Positions 1 through 10,782 of a stretch of DNA of 64,000 bases are shown piece by piece. The notes beneath the pieces were generated by a model, which searched no databases, had not been told where the DNA came from, and saw only the letters and a list, made by a program, of their open reading frames with translations. The number at the start of each line of letters is the position of its first letter. Positions within the stretch are counted from its first letter, which is position 1. The DNA comes from Terriglobia bacterium (GTDB lineage Bacteria > Acidobacteriota > Terriglobia > 20CM-2-55-15). Location of the stretch: positions 384,001 to 448,000 of the forward strand of contig CBDAOY010000008.1 in NCBI GenBank assembly GCA_965198225.1. The letters are read 5' to 3'. Position numbers and translations under genes: made by a program.

Positions 1-1592
1 TTTTTGACAGGACGGTCAGGTCCCCAAGCTTGCCCACTTCCAGGGAGCCGCGGATGTCTTCCTCGAAGGCGGCTTCGGCGGCCCAGATCGTGAACATCTT
101 GAGAGCTTCTTCACGGGAGACACGCTGTTCGGGATGCCAGCCCTCTCCCTGGAACCCCTTGAGATCTTTCCTGGCCACGGCGGCATAGAACTCGATTCGC
201 GGATCACCGCGTTCGACCGGTGCGTCGCTTCCTCCGGCGATGATCACGCCGCTGTCGATAATGTCCCTCCATGCGTAAGCCCCAGCCAGCCGTTCGATAC
301 CCAGTCGGGAAGGCGCGAAGTGCAGATCCGTGATGGCGTGGGACGGCTCCATCGATGCGATGATTCCGACCTCGGCCAGTCGCCCGACGTCGTCGGGATG
401 GAGAACCTGTACGTGTTCGATGCGCAGGCGGGGCTCGGCAACGGCCCGTTCCGCAAGCCCTACCGCTTCCTGGGCCCGTGCGTACATGTCGATAACTTCC
501 CGGTTCGCGCGGTCGCCGATGGCGTGAATCATGACCTGTATGCCCCGCCTCAGACCCTCCTCCACCATCGCCGAGACCTTGTCGAAATCCTGGGTCGGGA
601 ATCCGGGCGTGTCGTAGTCCGCGTATGGTTCGAGCAGCCAGGCTCCCCGGGAGCCCAAGGCTCCGTCGACCGCGACCTTGATACTTCGCACCGTGAGATG
701 GTTGTCGAAGAGGCCGATCTGTGGGCCCTCCTCCAAAAGCCGGCTCGCATCCTCTCCGGGTCCGCGAACGGCGTAGTAGATGCGCAGCTTTGCCGCCCCG
801 CTCTCGTAGAGCCTCTTCAGCCGTTCGACGTCGGCCAAGGATCCGCCCGGAATGTGGACGCTGGTCCAGCCTTCTTCCAGCGCAGTGGCCATTCCGACTT
901 CCAGGTTCCTCACCAGGTCCGATTCCGTAGTCGACGGAACATGCTCGCGAATCAGTCCCTGCGCCGCATCGAGGAACATCCCGTGAGGCTCCCCCCCGGA
1001 CTCCTTCATGATTACGCCCCCGAATGGATCGGGCGTTTGGCCGGTCACGCCCGCGATCCGGATGGCTTCGCTGTTGGCCACCCCGGCGTGACCGTCCGCT
1101 CGGGCGAGGTAAACCGGGTTGTCCGGGGACACGCGATCCAGGTCCCGTCGGGTAGGGAACGCCGGTTCCGGCCACTGCGCCTCGATCCATCCCCGCCCCG
1201 TGACCCATTCGCCGGGCTCTCTCAGTGCGATGGCGTTCTCGACACGGTCCAGGAAGTCTTCGAGGCTGGTGCTACCTTCCAGGTTGAGCGTGAGCTCGCG
1301 GTTGCCGACCCCGCTCAAGTGGTAGTGGCTGTCGGCCAGGCCCGGTACGGCCGTGGCGCCCTCAAGATCGATCACCTGTGTGGCCGGACCGATTATAGTT
1401 TCCGACCCCTACCTCGCTTCCGACGAAGACGATCCGGTCGCCGGTGATGGCCAGTGCTTCCGCTCGAGGCGCCAGCTCGTTTGCGGTATAGATCGTTCCG
1501 TTTCGGACCACGACGTCAGCCGGCGGTTGGCCGGGTCCGCAGGAGGAAACGAGAAGAGCTACGTATAGGACGAGCATGCGTTGCCACGACAT
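1..1592 (-). CDS. YtcJ-like amidohydrolase 3 family lipoprotein; apparent +1 frameshift near 1395; 3' end runs off the window
   Basis: ATG at 1592 after a GGAAGGAG RBS; lipoprotein-like signal (LLVSSC) and NGTIYT. After removing one extra A (aactataatcggt) the reading continues VIDLEGATAVPGLADSHYH...DGALGSRGA...HAIGDRAN...RIEHVQ...GGSDAPVE...GSLEVGKLGDL. Confidence 0.85.
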
Positions 1593-1833
1593 GGGATTCT
1601 CCTTCCGACCCGGGTCGCCGGTGATTCGCCGGATTATCGCACCGGAGTCGGTCGACGGCAACGTGGGCGCAGGCCGGGCCGCTCGATAGACTCCCAACTA
1701 CCAGCGCTGGACTACTTTCCCCACGCCTTACTTCTTGTTCTTGCATGTCCGGATTCAGTAAAATTGCGCAGACGTTTCCGGGATTTTTGGATCTGTTTAA
1801 ATCGTACTGTTTCAAGATGATAGGTGGCTTCTT

Positions 1834-4368
1834 ATGAAATCGAGATTCTTCATTGCCCTTTTGGCGGCGTCGCTGATCGCCACGGCAGGGGACATTCCCG
1901 AAGATCGCGGCATTTCGGGGCTCAAACAAGCGCTGGATCGACTGGACGTTGTCGGGAGTGTCTTGCACACCGGAGCGCACCCCGACGACGAGAACAGTTC
2001 ACTGCTCGCATGGTTATCGCGAGGCCAGGGCGCCCGGACGGCATACCTGTCGACGACCCGAGGCGAGGGAGGCCAGAACCTGATCGGAACCGAGTTGTTC
2101 GAAGCCCTGGGAGTGATCCGGACCGAAGAGCTTCTCGCGGCCAGACGGTTCGACAGGGCACAGCAGTTTTTCACCCCCAACTACGAGTTTGGTTTCTCGA
2201 AGACCGCCGACGAGACGCTCGACAAATGGGGGAGGGAACAACTGGTCGGCGACATGGTCCGCGTGATACGGAGGTTTCGGCCCGAGGTCATCATCTCCCG
2301 CTTCTCTGGCACGCCCCGGGACGGCCACGGACACCACCAGGCCGCCGGGATCGCGACCCGCGAGGCATTTCATGCCGCCGCGGACCCGAACCTGTATCCC
2401 GGGTACGGGAAGCCCTGGCAAGCCAAGAAGCTCTACATGAGTGCTCGTGGGGGAGGTCGCGGAGGTGGAGGTAACGCTGGCGACATCCGCATCAACGTCG
2501 GCGAATACGGTTCCGCGATCGGTCGATCCTACCACGAGATCGCGATGGAAGGGCGAAGCCTGCATCGAACCCAGTCGATGGGCGCTGCCCGGCAACGCGG
2601 TCCCCGGTATACAGGTCTCGAGATGATCGAAAAGAATGTGCCGGGCGCCGACGACGAACCGATCTTCAACCGCACCACGCACAAGCTCATGGATCTCGTC
2701 GAGCTGGAGCCGGCACTTGAAGCCGACCTGGAAGCCCTGCAGGGTCAGATCGAGGCCATTCGCGAAGAAGCCAGCATCGACGATCCTGCCGACATCTTTC
2801 GGGACCTGATCGAGGCCATCAAGCGGTTCGAAAGCATCCGGTCCAAGGCCCAGGTTGAGCATGTGCGGTTCCTGCTGGACCTCAAGGCGGACGACTTTCA
2901 CCTGGCGGCGGAACTGGCTGCCGGCATCACCGTCGACGTGCTGGCCTCCGACGATACCGTCGTCCCCGGACAGGAGTTCGGGCTGACGGTCGCTATCGTC
3001 AACAACGGACCCTTCGAATTCGAGACAGTACGCACGAACACGGACTTCCCGCCAGGGTGGGAGGCGCGATATGACGGCTCGACAGGCGGCCTTCGATCGG
3101 GCGAGCGTTTCGAGCAGCAATTCACCGTGAAGGTTGTCGAGACGCCGGACTACACGCAGCCCTACTGGCTGCGTAGCCAGCGTGAAGCTGATCGGTTCGC
3201 GTGGCCGGGCGGCGACGAAGCGACGTTGCCGTTCGATCCTCCCCTGATGCCTACAAGTGCCGAGATCGACTTCGGGGACACGGCCATCATCGTGAACCGC
3301 CATGCCGAGTATGTCCACGTGGACGACGTCTACGGTGAGATTCGGAGCCTGGTCAAGGTCGTGCCCGACCTCTCGGTTCGGCTGAGTCCGGAAACTGCTG
3401 TCGTTCCGCTGTCGGGAGACCGCAGGAAGGAGTTCACTGTCACGCTCCACAACCAGTTTCCCGAAGGAGGCGCCGCGGAGGTCGCGCTCGAGGTTCCAGA
3501 AGGCTGGATGGTCGAGCCCGAGTCCCGGACCGTCGAGTTCGGCAGGGCCGGTGAAACTGCCACGGCGCAGTTCGTGGTGGATGTTCCCGGGGCCAGCGGA
3601 GAATTCGAAGTGTCGGCAAGGGCCCGGATGTTGAACGAGGAGTCCCGGAGGGGCTATCGGGTGATCGCCTACCCCCACATCGAGACACGGCACATCTACT
3701 CCGATGCCCGGTCGCGCGTCAACGTGTTCGAGATCGACACCCACGTCGAGAACATCGCGTATGTTCAGGGAGCCGGAGACGAGGTCGCGGCCTCACTCGC
3801 ACAGTTGGAGATACCGGTGACGTTCCTCACAGCCGACGACTTGTCCCGCGGCGACCTGTCCGTCTACGACACGATCGTGGTCGGGATCCGGGCCTACGCG
3901 GTGCGGGAGGATCTTCGAGCTTACAACCAGCGGCTGCTGGACTACGTCGAGAACGGCGGTACATTAGTCGTCCAGTACAACCAGTACGACATGCCGCGCG
4001 GTGACTTCGGGCCATACCCGTTCACGATCAACCGCCCGCACGACCGAGTGACGGTCGAAGAGGCGCCGATCACCTTCGTCGATCCCGACCATCCGGCCAT
4101 CAACACCCCGAACAAGATCTCCCAGGCTGATTTCGAGGGCTGGGTGCAGGAACGGGGTCTGTATTTCATGGGTGACTGGGATGAACGCTACACCCCGATA
4201 CTGGCCTCGAACGACCCAGGCGAAGACCCCAAGCTTGGCGGAATGATGGTCGCGGAGATCGGACAGGGGCGGTATGTCTACACCGGCTATGCCTTTTTCC
4301 GGCAACTTCCCGCCGGTGTTCCGGGAGCCTACAGGCTGTTTTCAAACTTGATCAGCCTCGGGAACTAG
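1834..4368 (+). CDS. PIG-L/LmbE-family deacetylase, secreted, with C-terminal Ig-like (NEW3-type) and glutamine-amidotransferase-like domains
   Basis: Signal peptide; AHPDDE, TRGEGGQN, R..EL..AR and HGHH motifs; 844 aa. Confidence 0.88.
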   Translation: MKSRFFIALLAASLIATAGDIPEDRGISGLKQALDRLDVVGSVLHTGAHPDDENSSLLAWLSRGQGARTAYLSTTRGEGGQNLIGTELFEALGVIRTEELLAARRFDRAQQFFTPNYEFGFSKTADETLDKWGREQLVGDMVRVIRRFRPEVIISRFSGTPRDGHGHHQAAGIATREAFHAAADPNLYPGYGKPWQAKKLYMSARGGGRGGGGNAGDIRINVGEYGSAIGRSYHEIAMEGRSLHRTQSMGAARQRGPRYTGLEMIEKNVPGADDEPIFNRTTHKLMDLVELEPALEADLEALQGQIEAIREEASIDDPADIFRDLIEAIKRFESIRSKAQVEHVRFLLDLKADDFHLAAELAAGITVDVLASDDTVVPGQEFGLTVAIVNNGPFEFETVRTNTDFPPGWEARYDGSTGGLRSGERFEQQFTVKVVETPDYTQPYWLRSQREADRFAWPGGDEATLPFDPPLMPTSAEIDFGDTAIIVNRHAEYVHVDDVYGEIRSLVKVVPDLSVRLSPETAVVPLSGDRRKEFTVTLHNQFPEGGAAEVALEVPEGWMVEPESRTVEFGRAGETATAQFVVDVPGASGEFEVSARARMLNEESRRGYRVIAYPHIETRHIYSDARSRVNVFEIDTHVENIAYVQGAGDEVAASLAQLEIPVTFLTADDLSRGDLSVYDTIVVGIRAYAVREDLRAYNQRLLDYVENGGTLVVQYNQYDMPRGDFGPYPFTINRPHDRVTVEEAPITFVDPDHPAINTPNKISQADFEGWVQERGLYFMGDWDERYTPILASNDPGEDPKLGGMMVAEIGQGRYVYTGYAFFRQLPAGVPGAYRLFSNLISLGN

Positions 4369-4515
4369 TCTGGGAAGAGACCCTACCCGGTGGCTGTTGG
4401 CTACCAACCTCTGCCCGACGGCTGGTTCAGGACATGCGGTTCCGGTCTTGCCTTGAACCGTTTCGCCTGCGCCGAAGTTGGCCCCGAGGCGCCTCCCGGT
4501 GCTAAAATTTATGTA

Positions 4516-5259
4516 ATGGCCCAGAGATTCATCTTCTTGCTCGCACTGGCGCTCGTCACGGCGTCGCCTGGGCTTGGGCAAGTTTCGCAGCAGAATCGGT
4601 TCGAGATCCTCGGAACGGTGATCGCCGATACCGCCGCATCGGAGATCGTCATGCCGCTCGGCGACGACGGCGTCACGCTCTTCGAGGACGGAAAAATCGA
4701 CGAGGAGAAACTCCGGGAGGAACTCGGGGAGGAGGGGCGCTCCATCAACGAGGGTGATATCGTTACGGTGACCGCGATCAGCTTCGACGATGACAAGATC
4801 GAGATCGAGCTCAATGGGGGTGGCAAGAACAAGAAGGGCATCCTCGACCGACTCGAGGTCGGTGTGGGAAGCCGGACGACGCCCGTCCGACAGAGCGATA
4901 CCGAGAATGCAAACGGTTCCAAGGTCGTTCTCCGCTTCAGTGACAAGGCTCCGCAAGAGTTGACCCCCGACCTGTTGCGGGAGCTCCTCTCACCGGTGCT
5001 CGACTTCAACGAGCGGAATTTCATGGAAACCGGCCTCGACTCCCTGCCTGAGGAATTCCGCGAGGCCGTCCTGGCGAAAGAAGCCAAGATTGGGATGGAC
5101 AAGGCGACCGTTCTGATGGCCCTGGGCCGTCCGAACGACAGGATCCGCGAGAGGGTCGACGGTATCGAGCGGGAAGATTGGCTCTACCGCAAGGTCGGCT
5201 ACCGTATCGATTTCATCACCTTCGAGAACGGCATCGTAGTCCGGATCCGAAAGTACTGA
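4516..5259 (+). CDS. Secreted hypothetical protein with C-terminal SmpA/BamE-like motif
   Basis: Signal peptide MAQRFIFLLALALVTASPGLG; C-terminal IGMDKATVLMALGRP...EDWLY...ITFENGIV; stop overlaps panE start. Confidence 0.7.
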   Translation: MAQRFIFLLALALVTASPGLGQVSQQNRFEILGTVIADTAASEIVMPLGDDGVTLFEDGKIDEEKLREELGEEGRSINEGDIVTVTAISFDDDKIEIELNGGGKNKKGILDRLEVGVGSRTTPVRQSDTENANGSKVVLRFSDKAPQELTPDLLRELLSPVLDFNERNFMETGLDSLPEEFREAVLAKEAKIGMDKATVLMALGRPNDRIRERVDGIEREDWLYRKVGYRIDFITFENGIVVRIRKY

Positions 5260-6173
5260 TGAAGATTGCCGTCCTCGGGGCCGGCGCTGTCGGCAGCTAC
5301 TACGGCGGCCGCCTGGCCGAAGCCGGGCACGACGTCACCCTGGTCGGTCGACGCAGCCATGTCGCGGCCATTCGCGCGGACGGTCTCACGATCGATTCCA
5401 AAGTCTCAGGAACGAGCACGTCCCACCCCGAGGCTTCAGAAACTCTCCTACCGGAATCTGACCCGGAACTCGTCCTTCTCACAGTCAAGGCCTTCGACAC
5501 GGCCGGCGCCGCGCGATCCGTCAACGAATCGAACACGCGACCGAAAGCCGTTTTGAGTCTGCAGAACGGAGTCGACAATCACGCCGCCGCCGCGGAGGTC
5601 CTCGAGGGCGTCGACGTCTACCCCACGGTCGTATACGTCGCCGTCGGAGTAACCGCGCCCGGCGTCGTAACCCACCAAGCCAGGGGCGAGATCGTCCTGC
5701 CCGAAGAGCTCGGTTGGCTGGTATCGGTGTTCGAGGGCGCCTCCATCCCGGCCTCTACGACGGACAACATCATCGGGATGCTTTGGAACAAACTTCTGCT
5801 CAACGCGAGCTTGAACGCGCTGTCCATGATCACTGATACCTCGTTCGGTCAGCTAGCGTCCAACCCGGACGGACGTCAGGTCGTTCGATCCGCAGTCGAA
5901 GAGGTTGTCGCAGTCGCGAAGTCCATGGGGATCGACGTCGGCGTGTCGGACCCGGTGGCAACTGTCTTGAAAACGGCAGAGAGTCTCGGCGCCGGGAAGT
6001 CGTCGATGTGGCAGGATCACCGGGCGGGCAAGAAGATCGAAATCGATGCCCTGAACGGGGTAGTCGTTCGAGCCGGACAGAGGCATGGGGTTCCCGCCCC
6101 TGTAAATGCGACGCTCCACGCCGCGGCCAGCCTGATGGCGCGGCAACCCCATGCGGCGCGAGCGAGGCGGTAG
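5259..6173 (+). CDS. panE: 2-dehydropantoate 2-reductase (ketopantoate reductase)
   Basis: MKIAVLGAGAVGSYYG Rossmann motif, SLQNG, WNKLLLN, SSMWQD, EIDALNG. Confidence 0.9.
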   Translation: MKIAVLGAGAVGSYYGGRLAEAGHDVTLVGRRSHVAAIRADGLTIDSKVSGTSTSHPEASETLLPESDPELVLLTVKAFDTAGAARSVNESNTRPKAVLSLQNGVDNHAAAAEVLEGVDVYPTVVYVAVGVTAPGVVTHQARGEIVLPEELGWLVSVFEGASIPASTTDNIIGMLWNKLLLNASLNALSMITDTSFGQLASNPDGRQVVRSAVEEVVAVAKSMGIDVGVSDPVATVLKTAESLGAGKSSMWQDHRAGKKIEIDALNGVVVRAGQRHGVPAPVNATLHAAASLMARQPHAARARR

Positions 6174-6333
6174 CAGCCCGTGGCAGAACTCTGCAGGGCC
6201 GCGTTACGGCCAAACGGGGCCGGATTCTAGGAGGCGAGGACGAAGCAATGCTCATTCATTGGGAGGAGTCGGCGACAACGAAGACGGTCCCGTTTCGCCG
6301 TAACCCGAAGGGCGCAGGGGGGTTCGGGCCGCA
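6173..6333. repeat. Long imperfect hairpin / MITE-like intergenic element
   Basis: gttacggccaaacggggccg (6203-6222) pairs 18/20 with cggtcccgtttcgccgtaac (6285-6304); outer arms also pair. Confidence 0.6.
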
Positions 6334-6344
6334 GGCTTTGTCCC

Positions 6345-6920
6345 TTGTCGGTCACGATGAATGATCATCGCTCCGCTCCTCACTTCGCGCCTGCAACCCG
6401 AAGACCCCTGCGCGCGACCCTGCAGAGTTCTGCCACGGGCTGCTGGGTGGTGCGGGACTACTGGGCGCCCTTGCTCGTCTGGGTGCTTTTGACCTACACG
6501 TTCTCCTCCGACATGTTCTCGGCCGCGGAGACATCACGTTTTATAGTCCCGGTCCTGGAGTTCCTGTTTCCCTGGCTTTCGCGGGAGTGGATACTGGCTC
6601 TTCACGGAGTTGTCCGGAAGCTGGGGCACATCGCGGAGTATTTCGTCATGGCCATCCTGACTTACCGGGCCGTTCGCCTCAGCAGTCGGACCACGGCAGC
6701 CATCATACTGTCGGGACTGTTCGTCCTCTCCGTGGCCTCGCTCGACGAGCTCCGACAGACCTGGACCCTGTATCGGGGAGGCTCCCCCTTCGATGTCGGC
6801 TACGACTGTTTCGGTGGGCTACTCGGTATCTGGCTGTTCGTCAAGATCGAGTGCCGCCGGCGAGGATCCGCTACGGGGCTGAGTGTAGCCCGAGTGGCCC
6901 CGGAGCTATCGCTGCCGTGA
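6345..6920 (+). CDS. VanZ-like family membrane protein (true start may be the GTG near 6447)
   Basis: FSS..FSA..TS, VRKLGHIAEY, ASLDELRQ, RGGSPFDVGYD. Confidence 0.8.
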   Translation: MSVTMNDHRSAPHFAPATRRPLRATLQSSATGCWVVRDYWAPLLVWVLLTYTFSSDMFSAAETSRFIVPVLEFLFPWLSREWILALHGVVRKLGHIAEYFVMAILTYRAVRLSSRTTAAIILSGLFVLSVASLDELRQTWTLYRGGSPFDVGYDCFGGLLGIWLFVKIECRRRGSATGLSVARVAPELSLP

Positions 6921-8047
6921 GCCTCGGACTCTACATCCACATTCCGTTCTGTGAGCAGCATTGCCATTACTGCGCGTTCCCCGTAGCCGTGTCCGGGGTG
7001 AAATCCCACGACCCGTATGTCAGTCGGCTAATGCGGGAACTGGACCTTATAGGACTCGCGGAGGGTCCGGCGACACTGTACCTGGGCGGTGGAACACCTT
7101 CGCTTCTGGATCCCGACCTCATTGCCAGACTCTTGGGCGCGGTGCCGGCCGGAGCCTCCGAGGTGTCGCTCGAAGCCAATCCGGGGACGCTGGACCCGTG
7201 CAAGCTGGATCGGTATCTCGAACTCGGTATCAATCGGATCAGCCTCGGAGCGCAGTCCTTCGACAAGTCGGACCTCGAAAGCGCCGGCCGTCTGCACGAA
7301 CCCGAAGATTCGATTCAGGATTTCGAAACGCTGAGGAGGCAGGGTTTCAACAACATCAACCTCGATCTGATCGCAGGTTTACCCGGACAGGACCGGCGGG
7401 CCTGGAGCCAGAATCTCGATTGGATCGAGCGACTGGGGCCCGACCACGTGTCGATCTATCTGCTCGAACTGGAGGAGGGGGCGCTGTGGGGAAAGCGAAA
7501 GCCGGCGATGCATGCCGAAGACGATCACGGGTGGTTCTACTCTTACGCATCGGAGCGACTGGCTGAGGCCGGCTATGTTCATTACGAGGTTTCCAGTTGG
7601 GCCCGGCCGGGTTCGGAGTGCCGCCACAATCAGGGCTACTGGAACCAGACGCCGTACCGGGGAGTCGGCCTGGGCGCACATTCCTACATCGACGGGCGAC
7701 GGTTCTGGAACACGCGCTCGATGGAGGGCTACGCCCGTCGGCTCGACGCCGGAGAGCTGCCCATCGAGACGTTCGAGAATCGGACCCGTACGATACGTCT
7801 CGAAGAAGCGTTTCTGCTGGGCTTACGGCAGATGCAGGGCTTCGACGTATGGACGGTCGCGAATGAAATTGGAATCGACTATCCTCAAGAATGGTTCGAC
7901 CGCCTGGAGAACCTCCAGGAGGCTCGTTTGGTTGAATTCGACGGAACCATCCTCAGGCTTGCGCCGGCGGGATGGCTTCTGGCCACAGGTATTACCGAGG
8001 AACTGCTATGCCCGACACTGTTATCGATCTGCGAAGCGACACCGTAA
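6917..8047 (+). CDS. hemW: Radical SAM heme chaperone HemW (HemN-like)
   Basis: LGLYIHIPFCEQHCHYCAF (CxxxCxxC), YLGGGTPS, EANP, HYEVSSW, HNQGYW. Confidence 0.9.
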   Translation: MSLGLYIHIPFCEQHCHYCAFPVAVSGVKSHDPYVSRLMRELDLIGLAEGPATLYLGGGTPSLLDPDLIARLLGAVPAGASEVSLEANPGTLDPCKLDRYLELGINRISLGAQSFDKSDLESAGRLHEPEDSIQDFETLRRQGFNNINLDLIAGLPGQDRRAWSQNLDWIERLGPDHVSIYLLELEEGALWGKRKPAMHAEDDHGWFYSYASERLAEAGYVHYEVSSWARPGSECRHNQGYWNQTPYRGVGLGAHSYIDGRRFWNTRSMEGYARRLDAGELPIETFENRTRTIRLEEAFLLGLRQMQGFDVWTVANEIGIDYPQEWFDRLENLQEARLVEFDGTILRLAPAGWLLATGITEELLCPTLLSICEATP

Positions 8048-9054
8048 CCAGACCCTCCCCTGCAATGCGACGCGCCATCTCGGAGGCCGTGGTGGGCGAC
8101 GACGTCTTCATGGAGGATCCAACCGTAAACCGTCTCCAGGATCGCGCAGCCGAAATCTTCGGCCGGGAAGCGGCCCTGTATGTTCCCTCGGGCACGATGG
8201 GAAACCTGACCTGCATCATGGCCCAGACCGAACCCGGACAGGAGGTCATCTGCGAGGGCCAAGGCCACATCTATAACTATGAGATGGCTTCGATGTCCGC
8301 GATCGGGGGAGTGCTGCCCCGTGTCGTCGAAACAGATCGCGGGATCATGAGCTGGGAGCAGATCGAGAAAGCGATCCGTCCGAAGATCTACTACCGGGCG
8401 CAGACGGCGCTGGTCGCTCTGGAGAACACACACAACATGGCAGGCGGTACGGTCTACCCGACCGAAACAGTGGACGAGATCTGCGAAAAGGCTCATGAAA
8501 GGGGGTTGAACGTCCACCTCGACGGCGCGAGGATATTCAACGCCGCGACCGCCCTAGGGCAGGATGTGGCCCGGATTACCCGGGGTTTCGATTCGATTCA
8601 GTTCTGTCTGAGCAAGGGGCTCGGCGCACCAGTCGGTTCGTTGGTTGTCGGGGGCCGGACATTCATCGAGCGTTGTCGAAGCGTCCGGAAGATGCTCGGA
8701 GGCGGGATGCGCCAGGCGGGCATCGTCGCCGCCGCCGGCTTGATCGCCCTGGAGAGCGGGCCGGGCCGACTGCATGAAGACCATGCCAAGGCAAAGCTGC
8801 TTGCCGGCCGTTTATCGGAAATCCCCGGGATCGATGTCGACCCCGCCGCCGTGCAGACGAACATCGTGATCTTCGACATCAGCGGTACCGGGATGGAGTC
8901 GTCTGCCTACCTCGAAGCACTCGAGGGAAACGGTGTGCTCGCGGTCCCCGTCGACCGTGACCGCGTGCGTATGGTCGCTCACCTGGACGTCCGCCGGGAT
9001 GAGGTCGAGCGCGCCGCCGACATCGTCGCGGAGATGCAGGGGAAAATGGTTTGA
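8008..9054 (+). CDS. ltaE: Low-specificity L-threonine aldolase
   Basis: [61 protein letters not shown]. Confidence 0.92.
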   Translation: MPDTVIDLRSDTVTRPSPAMRRAISEAVVGDDVFMEDPTVNRLQDRAAEIFGREAALYVPSGTMGNLTCIMAQTEPGQEVICEGQGHIYNYEMASMSAIGGVLPRVVETDRGIMSWEQIEKAIRPKIYYRAQTALVALENTHNMAGGTVYPTETVDEICEKAHERGLNVHLDGARIFNAATALGQDVARITRGFDSIQFCLSKGLGAPVGSLVVGGRTFIERCRSVRKMLGGGMRQAGIVAAAGLIALESGPGRLHEDHAKAKLLAGRLSEIPGIDVDPAAVQTNIVIFDISGTGMESSAYLEALEGNGVLAVPVDRDRVRMVAHLDVRRDEVERAADIVAEMQGKMV

Positions 9055-10127
9055 GTCGGAAGCTGCGTGTCGGGATCATCTTCGGGGGACGCTCGGGCGA
9101 GCACGAGGTATCGCTTCGCTCCGCCGAGTCGGTACTCGCCGCAATGGATCGGTCCCGATACGAGGTCGTCCCGATCGGAATCACGAAGGGGGGGCGGTGG
9201 CTCAGCTCGAGGAGCGCCTTGTCGCTCTTGCCCGCCGAAGAGATCGCCGAAACATTCAAGTCGGGCACACCGGTTGTCATGCCGGCCGAACCGACAGGGA
9301 AGCGTTCTCTCGACGTGGTGTTTCCGGTGCTGCACGGTCCGCTGGGTGAGGACGGTACCGTTCAGGGGCTGTTGGAACTGGCCGACGTTCCCTACGTCGG
9401 TGCCGGTGTCCTGGGTTCGGCCGTAGGAATGGACAAGCACGTCATGAAACGGTTGATCGGTGCCGCCGGCCTGCCGATCCTCGAGTACTGGAGTCTTCTC
9501 GGCGGCGAAATCGATCGCTTCGTCGACGTGCGGGCGTCGGAGCTGCCCTACCCGGTATTCGTCAAACCCGCCAACATGGGTTCGTCCGTCGGCATCACAA
9601 AAGTGCAGTCCTCCGACGCTCTCGGCGGTGCGCTCGAACTGGCGCGCGAATACGATCGAAAGATCATCGTCGAGAAAGGGATAGATGCTCGCGAGATCGA
9701 GTTGAGTGTCCTGGGCAACGACGAACCCATCGCATCCGTTCCCGGAGAGATCCGGCCTTCTCGCGAGTTCTACGACTACCAGGCAAAATATGTCGACGAC
9801 GATTCCGAACTCGTCATTCCCGCACCCTTGAGGGACGACCAGACGGCCGAGGCCCGGCGTCTGGCGCTGGAGACATACAAGGCGCTGGAATGTTCGGGCA
9901 TGGGGCGCGTTGACCTGCTGCTGGAATCGGGCACGGAAGAATTCTACGTGAACGAGCTGAACACACTTCCCGGTTTCACTTCCATCAGCATGTATCCCCG
10001 CCTCTGGGAAGCCTCCGGCGTCCCGTGCCCCGAACTGATCGACCGTTTGATCAACCTCGCGATCGAGCGCCACGAAAAGAGATCCAAACTCCGCACCTCC
10101 TACGACCAACTCCCACCCGGAACCTGA
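9051..10127 (+). CDS. ddl: D-alanine--D-alanine ligase
   Basis: [57 protein letters not shown]. Confidence 0.95.
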   Translation: MSRKLRVGIIFGGRSGEHEVSLRSAESVLAAMDRSRYEVVPIGITKGGRWLSSRSALSLLPAEEIAETFKSGTPVVMPAEPTGKRSLDVVFPVLHGPLGEDGTVQGLLELADVPYVGAGVLGSAVGMDKHVMKRLIGAAGLPILEYWSLLGGEIDRFVDVRASELPYPVFVKPANMGSSVGITKVQSSDALGGALELAREYDRKIIVEKGIDAREIELSVLGNDEPIASVPGEIRPSREFYDYQAKYVDDDSELVIPAPLRDDQTAEARRLALETYKALECSGMGRVDLLLESGTEEFYVNELNTLPGFTSISMYPRLWEASGVPCPELIDRLINLAIERHEKRSKLRTSYDQLPPGT

Positions 10128-10133
10128 CTATCG

Positions 10134-10309
10134 GAGTTTTTAACCACGGAGGCGCGAAGGCGCGGAGAAAAAACTAGAAGAGTTTAGCCTCGAAACCAGA
10201 TCGGTCCATACAGGACCATGACCTGCACCCCCTGACCAAGTTCGCTGCTAGCCCGATTGCAGATTTGACTGCTGGACTCCGCGTCTCCGCGCCTCCGTGG
10301 TTAAAACTC
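10134..10309. repeat. Inverted-repeat element (~33-bp arms), MITE-like; a third arm copy lies at 10739-10758
   Basis: gagtttttaaccacggaggcgcgaaggcgcggag ... ctccgcgtctccgcgcctccgtggttaaaactc. Confidence 0.7.
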
Positions 10310-10314
10310 TTCCC

Positions 10315-10349
10315 CAAAAAATAAAAGGGCTGCAAATTTTGCAGCCCTT
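10315..10349 (-). terminator. Intrinsic terminator
   Basis: On the minus strand: aagggctgcaaa-a-tttgcagccctt followed by a T-rich tail. Confidence 0.8.
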
Positions 10350-10510
10350 GTTCAATTTCTCGGTCTTTTGCGCCTTGTTTTGTTTTATGTCGGTCGTCTT
10401 AGCGCGACCTGTTATTTACTGGAGCTTTCTTTAATCCTTTTGTTTAGTCATCCCTCCTTTTAGAGAAATGAGCACTACTACTACCTGTTGGGGTAGTAAG
10501 TAGTACGTTG
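10315..10510 (-). ncRNA. Candidate small RNA or small-peptide transcript
   Basis: AT-rich ~195-nt unit between a TTGACA-17-AATACT promoter and a terminator; no ORF longer than a few codons after its RBS. Confidence 0.45.
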
Positions 10511-10515
10511 CGCCT

Positions 10516-10544
10516 AGTATTGTGGTGAAATTATTGCGTGTCAA
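10516..10544 (-). promoter_or_regulatory. Sigma70-type promoter
   Basis: Minus strand TTGACA-cgcaataatttcaccac(17)-AATACT. Confidence 0.6.
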
Positions 10545-10657
10545 GATAAAAATCCGGTCGGACAGGTGTGTCTGCGCTCGAAAAGCCTGGTGACGACAGA
10601 GGCGCGGGCCTTCCGGGTCGCTGTTTCGTCTCGTTCACAGACGTCTCCGCGTCGCAA

Positions 10658-10710
10658 AACACCCGGGGACAGGGCCAGGCCCCTGTCCCCTCACATCGGC
10701 TCTCTCACGG
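10658..10710. repeat. Palindromic repeat family 2, copy 1
   Basis: aacacccggggacagggccaggcccctgtcccctcaca...ggctctctc; near-identical to 29016-29069. Confidence 0.75.
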
Positions 10711-10782
10711 GACGTTGAGCTCAACGAAGGGGCATGATCTCCGTGCCTCCGTGGTTAAGATTTCTTAGCGTGGCGGCCGGGA

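Noticed and set aside
134-1447. 437-aa plus-strand ORF
   Set aside because: Antisense shadow of the minus-strand amidohydrolase, which has clear motifs
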